Positions 1 to 13,020 of a stretch of DNA of 64,000 nt are shown piece after piece. Position 1 is the stretch's first letter. Each line of letters opens with the position of its first letter. A model generated the notes under the pieces. That model worked only from the letters and a program-made list of their open reading frames with translations. It was not told the DNA's origin and searched no databases. Made by a program: the position numbers and the translations under genes. Origin of the DNA: Mobula hypostoma (taxonomy: Eukaryota); the NCBI RefSeq assembly GCF_963921235.1, contig NC_086097.1, positions 198,526,001 through 198,590,000 of the forward strand, in the 5' to 3' direction.

Positions 1-1049
1 TAAATTTACTAATCGGACATCAACCTGCTTTGTGGGAGAGAGTTCTGTAATTTTGCCACCCAGTGCTGGCATGTGTTGCTCAATTTCATTGATGAAACAC
101 ATGGCTCTAACATTTGGGCTCTGCCACTTTCAATCAGTGGAATAGGCTTCTTCCTCTCTGCCCTATTTAAATATTTTGGATTAAATAATTTCTTAATCTC
201 CTAACTCCAGTGTAAATAAACCAAATTTTACCCAATCACTCCTTGGAAATTAATCATTCCTCAAGTATCAGATTGGCAAAATTATTTTGTGCTCTTGCCA
301 TGGTCAATAAATCATCCCTGTAGAGTGATGGTCAGAATTGAGTAGTGTTCTGGTGTGATCTAACTAGGGATTAAAACAGTTGAAGAGATCCATCAGTCTC
401 TTGTAATCAGTACCCTGGATTTAAGGGCTTGCTGATTTCATAAAGAATATTGTTCACCCTTCTGTGACATGTCCCGTATGTATGAAACATCACAGCCAGA
501 AACATAATCACAATACACTGTGCAAAATTGTATATAGAGCAATATTTCAAATTCAGCATTTCAAATTATACTCTTTGCTTATTTTTTTTTCATGGCCAAA
601 TGTAGGAAGAGCAAAACCCTAATGTTTTGTTTCAACTAAACACCATTCAGAAACCAGCATCACCCACTTTTACACAGGCAAGTAGCATCTGTGTCAGCAC
701 TTGGATGAGAGAAAGAAGATTTAATAAACTGAAAACTAAGGAAAAAGAACACAAAGAGTTGCAAGAGATGCAGCTTCCAAGCAGAAGTCAGCTCAAAGTC
801 TGTAGTGTTTGCTGAGCTTACACTTTCAAAGTTTCTACAGCCTTCCTGTAGTTGAAAGCCTGGCATCAGCAGTAAATAACGCCTTTTGAAAATACCCTGG
901 TAGCTTCAACGGGTGTGTCTATTCAGGAATATGCATTCAGCATCTTGAAAACTGTCATTTAACTACATTACCATTAGTAATCACTTTAAGGGTTTCTGCA
1001 TTGAAAACACACCCCTTTTTCAAGCTTCTGTTTTTGTTTCTGACTTGAC

Positions 1050-1620
1050 TGGGCACTAGAGCCTAGTACTCAGCTATAGCTCAACTTTGGATTGATCACA
1101 TTGGGGAATGCATAAACTAGCCTATTCCAACATTCAATTAATGGATGCCTGATCTGAATCTTTCCTGGCTCAGCACTCCACAATACATCAATATTGTTTC
1201 CACAACCAGTAATATCCAGCCCATCAACATTAAGTGCAGTTTGAAATGCTGAATTCATCAGGTATCAATTTTTGGGAAGAGAATTCCTGTTTTCTCCTAC
1301 TTCTTACATGAAGAATTGATTCCTGGCAGTGTCCCTGAGAGGCCCCTATATTTATCATTATGCATTCTCATCCTTCATCAACTTTAATCTCCTATGCTCA
1401 CAGCAACCTGCTCTTGTAATTTGTCTTTTTACCTGATCATTTTGGTGAATCTGTGTTGCAGAATCACATATAGTATTCAATTTAGGGCCTAACCTAAGGT
1501 CTGTACAGCTCTAAAATAACTTCCATCCCTTTTGTATTCCATGTTTCTTGAAAAACAAACATTTTACTTGATGTTCTTAATGACTTTGTGTACCTGTCTG
1601 GCAGCTTGTAATGACTTTTG
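1050..1620 (-). mobile_element. Highly degraded CR1/L3 LINE 3' fragment
   Basis: Residual similarity to other CR1 3' ends in the window, e.g. ggcctaacctaaggtctgtacagct. No usable ORF. Confidence 0.45.
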
Positions 1621-2339
1621 CACTTCAGCAGCTCATAGCTTCTTTCCATTTAGCTATCTTTCTCAAATCTAAAGTCGACGACCCCATACTTATATCAAGT
1701 AAAGCCCGTTACATTCCAATCGACTTTGAGATGTCCTTAACACAGATTCAAGAGTCTTATTGTTGCTCAGCAACCTGCCTCTTGTTGAGGGGAATGCTAG
1801 GCAGAATTCAATTGCTTGGCCCATGAATAATGGAGCTGCTGCAATAGTCAGGCACTTTTAGGAATAAAACTGTTTAAATTTGAAAATCGATATCCAATAA
1901 AGACTAAAATTCTGTCTGCAAAATTAAAGTACATATTTGATGCAAAAGTTGCTTGTATTGGGAAACAAAAAAGATTTATAAATAGACACACTCAAAAAGT
2001 ATTTCTACTCTACTCACTCCAGTCTCTAACTCAGTCACATCCAGCATTACAAATATGATTTAAAAGACACACGGACATGCGTGGGAAAGGTTTAGAGTGA
2101 TATGGGCCAAATGCAGACAAATTGGACTGGCTTAAGTGACATTTCAAATAACCTGGATGAGTTAGGCCAAATGGCCTGTTTTTATATGAGTATGACATTG
2201 AAACAAGAATGGATGCTTGAACAATAGGACATTTATTGATACCCTGTAATAACATTGATAATAACAGTGAGTAAAATGATCTTACAATTCTTTATTTAAG
2301 TACATCAGTGGTTTCTGCCACAATACACAAGAGGCAGCA

Positions 2340-2535
2340 GACTAGACAACAAGAGATAAGTGAAACCATGTGAGGTAGAAGGTAGAGGTGAGGGAGAGGG
2401 GAAGGAGTGAGAAGCTGGGCGGTGACGGGCTGAAGAAGGAGGAATCAGAAAGGAGAGGAGAGAGGACCTTGGATGAAAGGTAAGGAGGAAGAGCACCAAA
2501 GGGAGGTGAAGGATTGAGACAAAGAAGGTCTAGAT
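2340..2535 (-). mobile_element. Penelope-like element pLTR/3' UTR fragment
   Basis: Purine-rich tract whose reverse complement resembles 62800-62990, which follows a Penelope GIY-YIG C-terminus. Confidence 0.55.
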
Positions 2536-2904
2536 ATTCCCTGTTATATTTCAGTGGTATCCAAAGGACTTTGCTAATCACTTTAAGTCACATTCGTAGT
2601 ACAGTCTTTCATTGTGAGATTAACAGCAAGTATCATGATACATGCAGCACTCATATAATTACTGAGGAGTGTTACTGTTTAGAGAATGCATGCTGCAAAG
2701 ATAAGAGGAGAGTGGAGGAGTGCTGCAACAGGACCATAGCAGAACCTGCAGATACTGATGAAGAATAGTCACTGTAGAAGAAATGTTCTTTGTACAAAAG
2801 AGCCTCAGAGAAATCCCAAGGCTAAAGCCAGGAATTCCTCAACCGGAATGAATTTGCTGAGTTCCCTGAAAAGAACAATAGGCATGCAGTTAATGAATGC
2901 CAAA

Positions 2905-3135
2905 GCTTTTGTTTTAAAAAGGGACCTGAGGGGCAACTTCTTCATGCAGAAGTGGTGCCTATATGGAGAAAGTCGCTGAGGCAGGTACAATAACAACATT
3001 TAAAAGATATTTGGATAAATACATCAACAGAAAAAAGTAGCAAATGGGACTGACACAAGTAGAAACCAGAGGTTAGCATGGGTAAGTTGGGCCAATCAGT
3101 CTGTTTCCATGCTGCGAAGCTCTATGACTTGATGA
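2905..3135 (+). mobile_element. CR1 LINE 3' end fragment
   Basis: Encodes ..RDLRGNFFMQ.. followed by a CR1-type 3' UTR. Confidence 0.65.
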
Positions 3136-3856
3136 TATATGTAAAATTCTAGCCCTATCGCTCCAAAGAACACCTAAAAGGAAGTGAGACAGAGGCCAAA
3201 TTCATTGCAGCAGTGCAATGGCAAAAGAGCTGCTGTGAATATTTTAATAAGGTAAGAGTAAATGTATTAAATATATTAAGCATAAATTAAACTGCATTCC
3301 TATCTGGGAGCAATACTCTCCATGGTGAGTGACTGTGCTCGAACAGCTTTGACTAAGGATTGGTGAATGTGCACAATATCAAATCACTGAGGGCATTTAA
3401 TGAGAATGTGGGATTGAATTGTTGCAGAAGCAGCATGGTGCCTCCATGTGACACATACTGAAGCTGATAATTGTGCTATTCCATGTGCATAATACATATG
3501 CATTCAAAGCATGTTGAGTTAGTAATGATATTATAAATTATTGAAAAGGTACACTTGACACTGTTGCTGACATCTTTGTTTATGTATAAACCACCAACAA
3601 AAAGCATACTCTACCAGAAGCAAGCAATGTCCTTTAAGATCTGTATCTGTGCTTCCATCATTTTCAGGAAATTTATCGCTTTGGATACTAATGTGCAGTA
3701 GTTTAAATGAGCTGCAAAGATAGAACATACAGTACTTCTGTTTGTCATTCAGATAAAGGTCTTTTTTTATTTTGACTAGGGCTCCTGATCACTCTTCTCT
3801 TTTCCTCCAGCGTCCATATTTGCTGTCATAATCTCAAAGTCAGCATCAAAGACCGG

Positions 3857-3985
3857 TAACACGCAAAACACTGGAAGAACTCAATGAGCCAAGCAACATC
3901 TAGGGAGAGAACATTGAGACCCTTCATCTGGCCCTTTGTGTGTGTTGCTGCGGATTTCCAGCAGCTGCAGTCTCTTGTGTCTCCA
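3857..3985. mobile_element. Old inverted pair of Penelope-like pLTR fragments
   Basis: A minus-strand pLTR piece (acacgcaaaacactggaagaactc...gagacccttcatc) is joined to a plus-strand piece (tgtgtgtgttgctgcggatttccagcagctgcag). Confidence 0.55.
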
Positions 3986-6071
3986 CTGAAGATTGTGTGC
4001 AAGGTCCTGTGGCCATCTGGTCAATTTTTCAAACAGTTCACTTCTTGTCCTTCAATGAATTACAGAAGCAGCTGCAGTTGAGCTGCTGTTCTATGTGGTC
4101 CAAGGATTACTTAAAATAGTTGAAGTTTGCTCATTGAGAAATGTTGTAAACTCCAGAGAAAAATTGTAAATAGTTGTTAAGGCTTCTGAATGATTTTTGG
4201 CAAAGCTATGTTGAAATTTTGCAGGAGATTGGAAGAATTCCTGTGAAAACTTTACTCTATAGACTTTTTTGATGCCAATTTTGAACTGGGCATTGAGTAA
4301 CAGTACTTTGAAAGATGGATGCTAAGGCTAAAGGTCATGCTTTTACCTCAAGCACAATGTGAAATTCTCTGGCACCAAGTATACTTGGAAAATTGCCCTT
4401 TTCCTGGATTTTGAGAGGAAGTAAGAGCAGTTCTAAAGGTGTCTCTCAATTTAGAGAAAGAGGAGGAAGAGAACCTCTGAATAAAGACTCATTTTACTGC
4501 ATGCTTACCAGCAGACCAAACATGCTGAAAGGACTCAGCAGCCAACTTCTTTTAATAAATTAATATTCCAGGTGCATAAGCCACACCTTTGTTTCAGGCC
4601 AACTCTAGAGACGTGTGGAACAAAAAATACCTAAAATAACTACTATGGAACTTTTTCACTTCTTCAACTAATTTAGGAACCCTCTTAAGACAAGCAGCTC
4701 TTTTCAGGCTCGTGAAAGTAACTGTTGTATAATGTTTTATAAATATAGATCTTTGGGTAACAGTGAACAATGCTTACCACCTTCCAATCTTCAGTGCATA
4801 TTTGCACGACACAGATCAGTTTTCCTTTAAAAGTCAGCACCATCTTCGATCATACTACATTTCCTGAGTGGCATGAAATATAGTATGATCAAGGCGAATG
4901 CTGCATTTTGAAGTGTGGCATGTTAGTTTTATTGACTACACGCATGTGACCCTGTATGTCTCTACCTTTCTAATTGTGAACAGAAAGGGACTCACTCCAT
5001 AGTGTGGATCTAGTTAGTGAACCAAAGTCAAAATAGACAATATCCACATACTATCCATTATGTTACCAAGCCTCTCATAAGATATAATGATTCAAATCTC
5101 TTTTACAAGTTCATATTTGTGTTCAGTTATCTCTAACCCCAGTACAAGATAAAAACTAAATTGGGTTCTAAAATAGAATATATAATTGGAAGTACTCTAT
5201 TGCAAATAACATACTGGGAATACTCCCTATAAGTTTTGGCATCGAATTCTTCCCTTCTCACTTTGAAACTGTTCTCTGACTTTAACCCAACTTGCTACCT
5301 GGAAGTGGATGCTAAAATTGTTCTTGGACTTATGTTCTATTTTTATTGTGTAAAACTTCATGTTTGCATAATAATTTTACTTGCAGCATTTTCAAAAATT
5401 CAAGGGCTGCTGATGTCATCAGTCACTAACATTATCAGACTTACCAAAAAGAATGAAATTCATGTTGATTAGAATACTGATAGACTCATAAAATTTTACA
5501 AGATATGAAGGGATAATTTAATTCACCAAATCTATGAAGGTGCATTACTAGTTATTCTCCAAATTAATACTTCTACCTTGCTCTCTTCCTTTCATGTATT
5601 TAACATACACAGCATAAAACTATATTTTCACTTGGCAACATTTAAAAGTAATCAGTTTATGCAGTTGCTGAGAATCTGAATTACTGCTTTAAAATATTGA
5701 TGGAGAACAATGATTGCTCAAATCAATAGAAACCTCAAATGCAGATTGTGCTGATAGCTGCAGAAGTATTTGTTTAACATAGAATTCTGATTGTAGAATG
5801 GTGGGGATTAAAAGGTATTTGCTTTAAAAAAATCCATAGGACTATTAAAACCAATGTAGATCCCACAGCTATCAATAGCACCCAGGACAATGGTAGGTTT
5901 ATAAACATGGTATGATAGGTTGAGCAAAGTCCCTAGCAACACCTAGGAAGGCTACAAGTTGCAAGTACATCTTTGTAAAGAAATTACAATGTTGGATTGA
6001 ATTGACCTGTGGGAAGTGGGTCCTGCTGCAGCTCCTGACTGACCATATCGAGCTGCTGTACTCAGTTGTAC

Positions 6072-6258
6072 TCCCCCTCCAACTTTCAAATCCTATCATT
6101 TTGGATCTCCCCCTTCCCCTCCAACTTTCAAATCTCTTACTCACTCTTCCTTCAGTTAGTCCTGACGAAGGGTCTCGGCCTGAAACGTCGACTGCACCTC
6201 TTCCTATAGATGCTGCCTGGCCTGCTGCGTTCACCAGCAACTTTGATGTGTGTTGCTG
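6072..6258 (+). mobile_element. Young short Penelope-derived pLTR insertion with 14-bp TSD
   Basis: gtactcagttgtac at 6058-6071 and 6259-6272. Near-identical to copies at 37349 and 50362. Internal ~20-bp duplication (cccctccaactttcaaatc). Confidence 0.88.
6158..6193 (+). ncRNA. Minimal hammerhead ribozyme (type I, Penelope-type)
   Basis: agtc-CTGACGA-agg(gtctcgg)cct-GAAA-cg-TC-gact: helix I agtc/gact, helix II agg/cct, intact core, GUC cleavage triplet at 6187-6189, helix III reduced to palindromic ACGT. Confidence 0.85.
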
Positions 6259-6289
6259 GTACTCAGTTGTACATGGTGCTTAGAACAAT

Positions 6290-7820
6290 ATTGACAGAAT
6301 CTTTAGTGAGGGGGTCACAAACAAGGTACAGGCAGCAGAGAGCTGTCTGACCATCAGGAAATGTAGAGGAGATGGACAAAAAATACTGAATTCCCCTTAT
6401 TAACAAGTATATCACTCTGGATACTGTTGGCAGAGATGGCCTTTCAGAAGAGCGACTGGGGGCAGCCAGGTTTGTGCCACAACAACTATCTGTGATGCAC
6501 TGCAGAGAAGGGTGAAGACAAGGAGAGGTGCATTGATGGGAATCTGTAATTGGGGGGAGGGGCAGACAGGAGATCCTATGGTTGTGAATGAGACTCCCAG
6601 ATGCCAGGGTTAAGGATTTCTCCGAGTGGTTGCAGAATATTCTCGCGGGGAGGGGGCAGCCAGAGGTCATTGTTCACATTGGTACCAACAACATAGGGAG
6701 ATAACGGGATGAGGTCCTGCAGGAAGTTAAGCAGGATAAAGAGCAGGATGTCAGGGGTTGTAATCTGTGGATTACGCATGGGACTGTCTGCTAGTGAGGG
6801 AAGGAATAAGGGATGGGGCAAATGAATGTGTAGCTGAGGAGTTGGTGCAAGAGGGAGGGATTCAGGATCTTAAACCATTGAGATCTGTTCCAGGACAGTG
6901 GTGACTTGCATAAGAGGAACAGGTTGCACTTGAACTGGAGCAGAACTAATATCCTGGTGGAGAGATTTGTTAGTGCTACTTTGGAGGGTTTAAACTGGTC
7001 TGGAAGGGGTTGGACCGAAAGCAGTCCTGTGAGGTAAACATGGCAGTTAAAGCAACAATGTTCAGTAGACAAGACAGACAGGAACAGGACTGGGAGCGAA
7101 GAAGGTCTTTTAAACTAAACTGCATTTATTTTAATACTAGAAGCCTGGTAGGTAAGGTAGTTGAGAACAGGGCATGGATAGGCACATTGAACTGTTATAT
7201 TATAGCTGTTACAAATCTTGGTTAAAAGATGTGCAGGGTTGGCACCATGTTTCAGGGTATAGATACTCCAGGCCTGATAAAGGTAGAAAGTTGATTGGAG
7301 AGAACATCAGGGCAATAATTGGAGAGGATATTCCTGGGCAAATGTCCAGTCACACCGTACGGGTGGGACCTTGAACAAACGATTGATTTCTTTGATGTGA
7401 TTGTACCACACGTGCCCCAATAATCAGAGGGAACTAGAGAAACAAACAGGTAGGGAGTTGGCAGGTAGCTGTAAATGAAATAAGATTGGAAGTTTGATTG
7501 TAAGGTGATTTTCAATTCCCTCATATTGACTGGGATTACCTGAATGTCAAGGGTCTGGATGGATCGCATCGGATAAGTGTGTCTAAGAAAGTTTTCATCT
7601 GTACTAGATAGATTGCCCTATTAGAGAGGGGACAGTACTGGACCTCCTATTGGGAAAGGAAGCAGGGAGAGTAAAGGAAACATCATTTCAGGAGAACTTA
7701 GAGACCTGTGACCATGAGACCTGTAAAAATAGTTAACGAAAAAGATAGAGACTGAGCCATAAGTTAAAACCCTAAATGAGGACAAGACAAATTAGGGAGG
7801 CTATTTGCAGATAAAGGAAT
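6290..7820 (+). mobile_element. Degraded CR1 LINE, ORF1 (esterase-like) and start of ORF2 endonuclease
   Basis: Remnants such as VIVHIGTNNIG, RLHLNW and LNCIYFNTRSLVGK. Many stops and frameshifts. Confidence 0.75.
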
Positions 7821-7829
7821 GCCTTTGCA

Positions 7830-10800
7830 GTCAGGGAGAGCTCCCTTAACCCCCCCCCCCCACCCAGACCATGACAAGCCCCTCATTCCAGCACCATAGC
7901 TCAATTCACTCTCTCTTTTCTCCTCCACTCCCCGAAGCTTCTATGTGCACAGGAGGCTCTGGTGGATTCCTGTGCAGCAGACAACTTCAGGACCAGACGC
8001 TGTGTTGCAGCTTGTATTCCCTATCGAGCCTATCTCTCTCCCCTTCTGCATAATGGTCTTTGATGGATGTCTCTTGGGGTCTGGGATGGTTTGATCATGC
8101 ACAAGGCCTGTGCACATGAGCATTGGAGAGTGCCACAACTCCATCCAATTTCTCCTTGTTGTCTCGCCCAACATTGCTCTCATTGTGGGTTACCTCGGGC
8201 TCTCCACTCATGACAAGAGGAGAGGCTGTACTTGATTTGGTATTGGGAAATGAACCTGGTCAGGTGTCAGATCTCACAGTGGGAGAGCATTTTGGAGATA
8301 GTGATCATAATTCTGTCTCCTTTACAATAACATTGGAGAGAGAGAGAGAGGAACAGACAAGTTAGAAAAGCGTTTAATTGGAGTAAGGGGAATTATGAGG
8401 CTATCAAGCAGGAAATTGGAAGCTTAAATTGGGAAGAGATGTTCTCAGGTAAAAGTACATAAGAAATTTGGCAAATGTTCAGGGGATATTTGTGTGGAGT
8501 TCTGCATAGGTATGTTCAAATGAGACAGGGAAGTTATGATAAGGTACAGGAACTGTGGTGTACAAAGGCTGTAACAAATCTAGTCAAGAAGAAAAGAAAA
8601 GCTTACAAAAGGTTCAGAGAGTTAGGTAATATTAGGGATCTAGAAGATTATAAGGCTAACAGGAAGGAGCTTAAAAAGGAAATTAGGAGATCCAGAAAGG
8701 GCCATGAGAAGGCCTTGGCAGGCAGGATTAAGGAAAACCCCAAGGCATTCTACAAGTATGTGAAGAGCAAAAGGATAAGATGTGAAAGAATAGGACCTAT
8801 CAAATGTGACAGTGGGAAAATGTGTATGGAACAGGAGGAAATAGCAGGGGTACATAATGAATACTTCAATATTCACTATGGAAAAGGATCTTGGTGATTG
8901 TAGTGCTGACTTGCAGCAGACTGAAAAGCTTGAGCATGTAGATATTAAGAAAGAGGATGTGCTGGAGCTTTTGGAAAGCATCAAGTTGGATAGGTCACCG
9001 GGACAGGATGAGATGTACCCCAGGCTACTGTGGGAGGTGAGGGAGGAGATTGCTGAGCCTCTGGCGATGATCTTTGAATTTTCATTGGGGATGGGAGAGG
9101 TTCCGGAGGATTGGAGGGTTGCGGATGTTGTTCCTTTATTCAAGAAAGGGAGTAGAGATAGCCCAGGAAATTATGGACCAGTAAGTCTTACTTCAGTGGT
9201 TGGTAAGCTGATGGAGAAGATCCTGAGAGGCAGGATTTATGAACATTTGCAGAGGTATAATATGATTAGAAATAGTCAGCATGGCTTTGTCAAGGGCAGG
9301 TCATGCCTTACAAGCCTGATAGAATTTTTTGAGGATGTGGCTCAACCCATTGATGAAGGAAGAGCAGTGGATGTCGTGTATATGGATTTCAGCAAGGCAT
9401 TTGATAAGGTACCCCATGCAAGGCTTATTGAGAAAGTAAGGAGGCATGGGATCCAAGGGGACATTGTTTTGTGGATGCACAACTGGCTTGCCCACAGAAG
9501 GCAAAGACTTGTTGTAGACAGGTCATATTCTGTATGGAGATTGGTGACCAGTGGTGTGCCTCAGGGATCTGTTCTGAGACCCTTACTCTTAGTGATTTTT
9601 ATAAATGACCTGGATGAGGAAGTGAAGGGATGGGTTAGTAAGTTTGCTGATGACACAAAGGTTGGAGGTGTTGTGGATAGTGTGGAGGGCTGTCAGAGGT
9701 TACAGCGGGACATTGATAGAATGCAAAACTGGGTTGAGAAGTGGCAGATGGAGTTCAACCCAGATAAGTGTGAAGTAGTTCATTTTGGTAGGTCAAATAT
9801 GATGGTAGAATATAGTATTAATGGTAAGACTCTTGGCAGTGTGGAGGATCAGAGGGATTTTGGGGTCTGAGTCCATAAGACGCTCAAAGCAGCTGCGCAG
9901 GTTGACGCTGTGGTTAAGAAGGCGAACGGTGTTTTGGCCTTCATTAATCATAGAATTGAATTTAGGAGCCGAGAGGTAATGTTTCAGCTATATAGAACCC
10001 TGGTCAGACTCCACTTGGAGTACTGTGCTCAAATCTGGTCGCCTGGCTACAGGAAGGATGTGGAAATGATAGAAAAGGTGCAGAGGTGATTTACGAGGAT
10101 GTTGCCTGGATTGGGGAGCATGCCTTATGAGAATAGGTTGAGTGAACTCGGCCTTTTCTCCTTGGAGCAATGGAGGGTGAGAGGTGACCTGATAGAGGTG
10201 TATAAGATGATGAGAGGCATTGATGGTGTGGATAGTCAGAGGCTTTTTCCCAGGGCTGAAATGGTTGCCACAAGAGGACACAGGTTTAAGGTGCTGGGGA
10301 GTAGGTACAGAGGAGATGTCAGGGGTAAGTTTTTTACTCAGAGAGTGGTGAGTGCGTGGAATGGGCTGCCGGCAACGGTGATGGAGGCGGATATGGTAGG
10401 GTCTTTTAAGAGACTTTTAGTTAGGTACATGGAGCTTAGGCAAATAGAGGGCTATGGGGAAGTCCAGTAATTTCTAAGGTAGGGACATGTTCAGCACAAC
10501 TTTGTGGGCAGAAGGGCCTGTATTATGCTGTAGGTTTTCTATGTTTCTATGTCCCTCACTTCACATGGTCACCTAGTTCACTGCTGAGTTGGAGACCTAC
10601 CAGCCTGGCCAACTGCCTGCAACCTCAGTTGACTTCACCCTGTAAATCTGTGGAGATGCAGGAAGCCTTTGACCTCACTAAACTCCCACAGGAATATCAC
10701 AACTTAGCCGTCACTTTCAGTAAGAGGGAAGCCAACACCTTGCTGCTGCACAGTATGTGATCAACTTCCTCCAGGGGTTGTCTCTTCCCCCTCTTCCCTC

Positions 10801-11605
10801 CTGAGACCTAAGCCACGAACAACTACGTTGCTGAAGCACTACAGTATGCTTTATTTGATCATCCCAATCTCCAGCAGGATTCCTCTTTGTCAAAAAGAAA
10901 GGTGAAACTCTCCATCCCTACCTTGACTATTGTAGACTGAACAAAATCAACATTCAGAACCACCACCCTCTCCCCTTGATGGAGAATGCAGTTGAACATG
11001 CTGAGTGGCCCATATCTTCACCAAACTGGATCCAAGGAGTGAGTACAACCTGATTTGTAACTGCTGAGGGATGAGTGGTGGAGGGCTTCATAACACCCAC
11101 TAACCACTATGAATACTTGATGCCTTTTGAAATTTCCAACAGTCTAGCCATTTTCCAAGCCTTCTTTCATGAGATTCTCCATGACATATGACACAGGTAT
11201 GTCTTCTTCTACCTCAACGACATCCTTATCTTTTCTATGGACATTCAGGATTACATCCATTCAGTCCTTCAGTGTCGCCACAAAGCCAAATGTACTGCAG
11301 CTCAGTTTTACACCCCAGTCATTTAATTTCAAGGATACGTCCTTTCATCAAGGCAACCAGGTTCCAGAGAAAATATGCACAGTCATTGAACAACCCCAGA
11401 TGTACTCCCTGAAGCAGCTACAGCTCTTCTTGGGCTTCTCCAACTTCTACCGCCATTTCACCAGGAACTAAAACTAAATTGCCATTCCTCTCACCTCCCT
11501 CACCAAATCTCATATCTCACGGGTAACCTGGTCTGCTGCCCCAGACCAAGCTTTTGAGGAGATTGAGAGACGCTTCAGCACTGCTCCCATTCTTTGCCAT
11601 TCAAA
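7830..11605 (+). mobile_element. Ty3/Gypsy (Sushi-like) pol relic, split by a CR1 insertion
   Basis: Protease-like ALVDSCAADNF (~7955), RT YLNDILIFS (~11210), LQLFLGFSNFYRHF and TAPILCH. The Gypsy sequence ctccactcatgac|cctcacttcac is rejoined when 8215-10552 is removed. Confidence 0.8.
8215..10552 (+). mobile_element. CR1/L3 LINE, 5'-truncated ORF2 (RT) with (TTTCTATG)n tail
   Basis: ORFs 8475-8897, 8857-9870 and 10099-10470 with DFSKAFDKV, GVPQGSVL and FADDTK. Tandem tail at ~10537-10552. Confidence 0.95.
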
Positions 11606-13020
11606 GATATAGGAGCAGAAGTAGGCCATTCGGCCCATCAAGTCTGCTTCGCCATTCAATCATGGATGATCCAATTCTTCCAGTCATCCCAACTCCCCTG
11701 CCTTCTCCCCATACCCTTTGATGCCCTGGCTAATCAAGAACCTATCTATCTTTGCCTTAAATGAGCCCAATGACTTGGCCTCCACAGCCACTCGTGGCAA
11801 CAAATTCCACAGGTTTACCACCCTCTGACTGAAGTAATATTACCACATCTCTGTTCTAAATGGACGTCCTTCAATCCTGAAGTCATGCCCTCTTATTCTA
11901 GACTCCCCTATCATGGGAAATACTGCTATATCTAATCTGTTCAGGCTTTTAACATTCAGAATGTTCCTATGCGATCCCCCCTCATTCTTCTGACCTCCAG
12001 GGAATACATCCCAAGAGCTGCCAGATGTTTCTCATATCGTAACCCTTTCATTCCTGGAATCATTCTCGAGAATCTTCTCTGAACCCTCTCCAATGTCAGT
12101 ATGTCCTTTCTAAAATAAAGACCCCAAAACAGCTCTATTAAACCTACTTGCTAGGATATTGGATCCCTTTGGGTTCAGGTGTAACCCGTCCTTTTGGTAC
12201 AGGTCGTACTTCCTCCAGAAGAGGCCCCAATGATCCAGGAACACAAAGCCCTGCCCCCTACACCAGTCTCTATCCACACATTAATATGCCTGATCATGCT
12301 ATTTTTGCACTCATTAGCACGTAGCACAGGCAGCAATCCTGAGATTACTACCCTGGAGGTTCCTGCTTTTCAGCTTCCCACCCAACTCCCTCAATTCTCT
12401 CTTCAGAACCTCCTCCCTTTTTCTAGCTATGTCATTGGGACCAAAATGTACCAAGATTTCTGGCTATTCACCTTCTCCCTTCAGAATACTCTGCACCTGA
12501 TCCAAGACATCCTGTACCCTGGCTCCTGGGAGGCAACACACCCTACGGGTATCTCTATCAGGCTGACAGAACCTCCTGTCTGTTCCCCTCACTATGGAAT
12601 CCCCTATGACTACCGCATTCTTCATCTTCCTCTTTCCCTTCTGCACCATGGAACCAGGCTCAGTGCTAGAGACCTGATCGCTGTGGTTGTCCTCTGTCAG
12701 GTCACCCCCCTCAACAGCATCCAAAATGAGATAACGATTACTGAGGGGGATGGCCACAGGATTGCTCCCTACTATCTCAGCTCTTCCCTTCACTTCCCTG
12801 ACCGTCACCCATTATCTAAGTCCTACAGCCTCGGGGTGACTAACTCCTTATAGTTCCTCTCTATCTCCTGTTCACTCTCCCTAATAAGTTGTAGGTCATT
12901 GAGCCGTAGTTCCAGATCCCTAACACGGTCTCTCAGAAGCTGCATCTTGGTGTACCTGGCATGGATGTGGCCATCCGGGAGAGTGGAAGAATCCCAGGAT
13001 CCCTACATCTGACTCTCTGA
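11605..13020 (-). mobile_element. CR1 element with ORF1 joined directly to the ORF2 3' end (internal deletion)
   Basis: ORF1 esterase motifs VVIGDSIVRG and CCLPGARVQD (12464-12808) and DGLHLNPKG lead at ~12130 straight into ORF2 C-terminal sequence and the 3' UTR. Confidence 0.8.

Noticed and set aside
3153..3855. Possible plus-strand exons (3153-3251 with donor gtaaga; 3811-3855 with a strong acceptor)
   Set aside because: The first acceptor is weak, splicing the two gives an early stop, and no product is recognisable.
12194..12853. 219-aa plus-strand ORF
   Set aside because: Antisense to CR1 ORF1.
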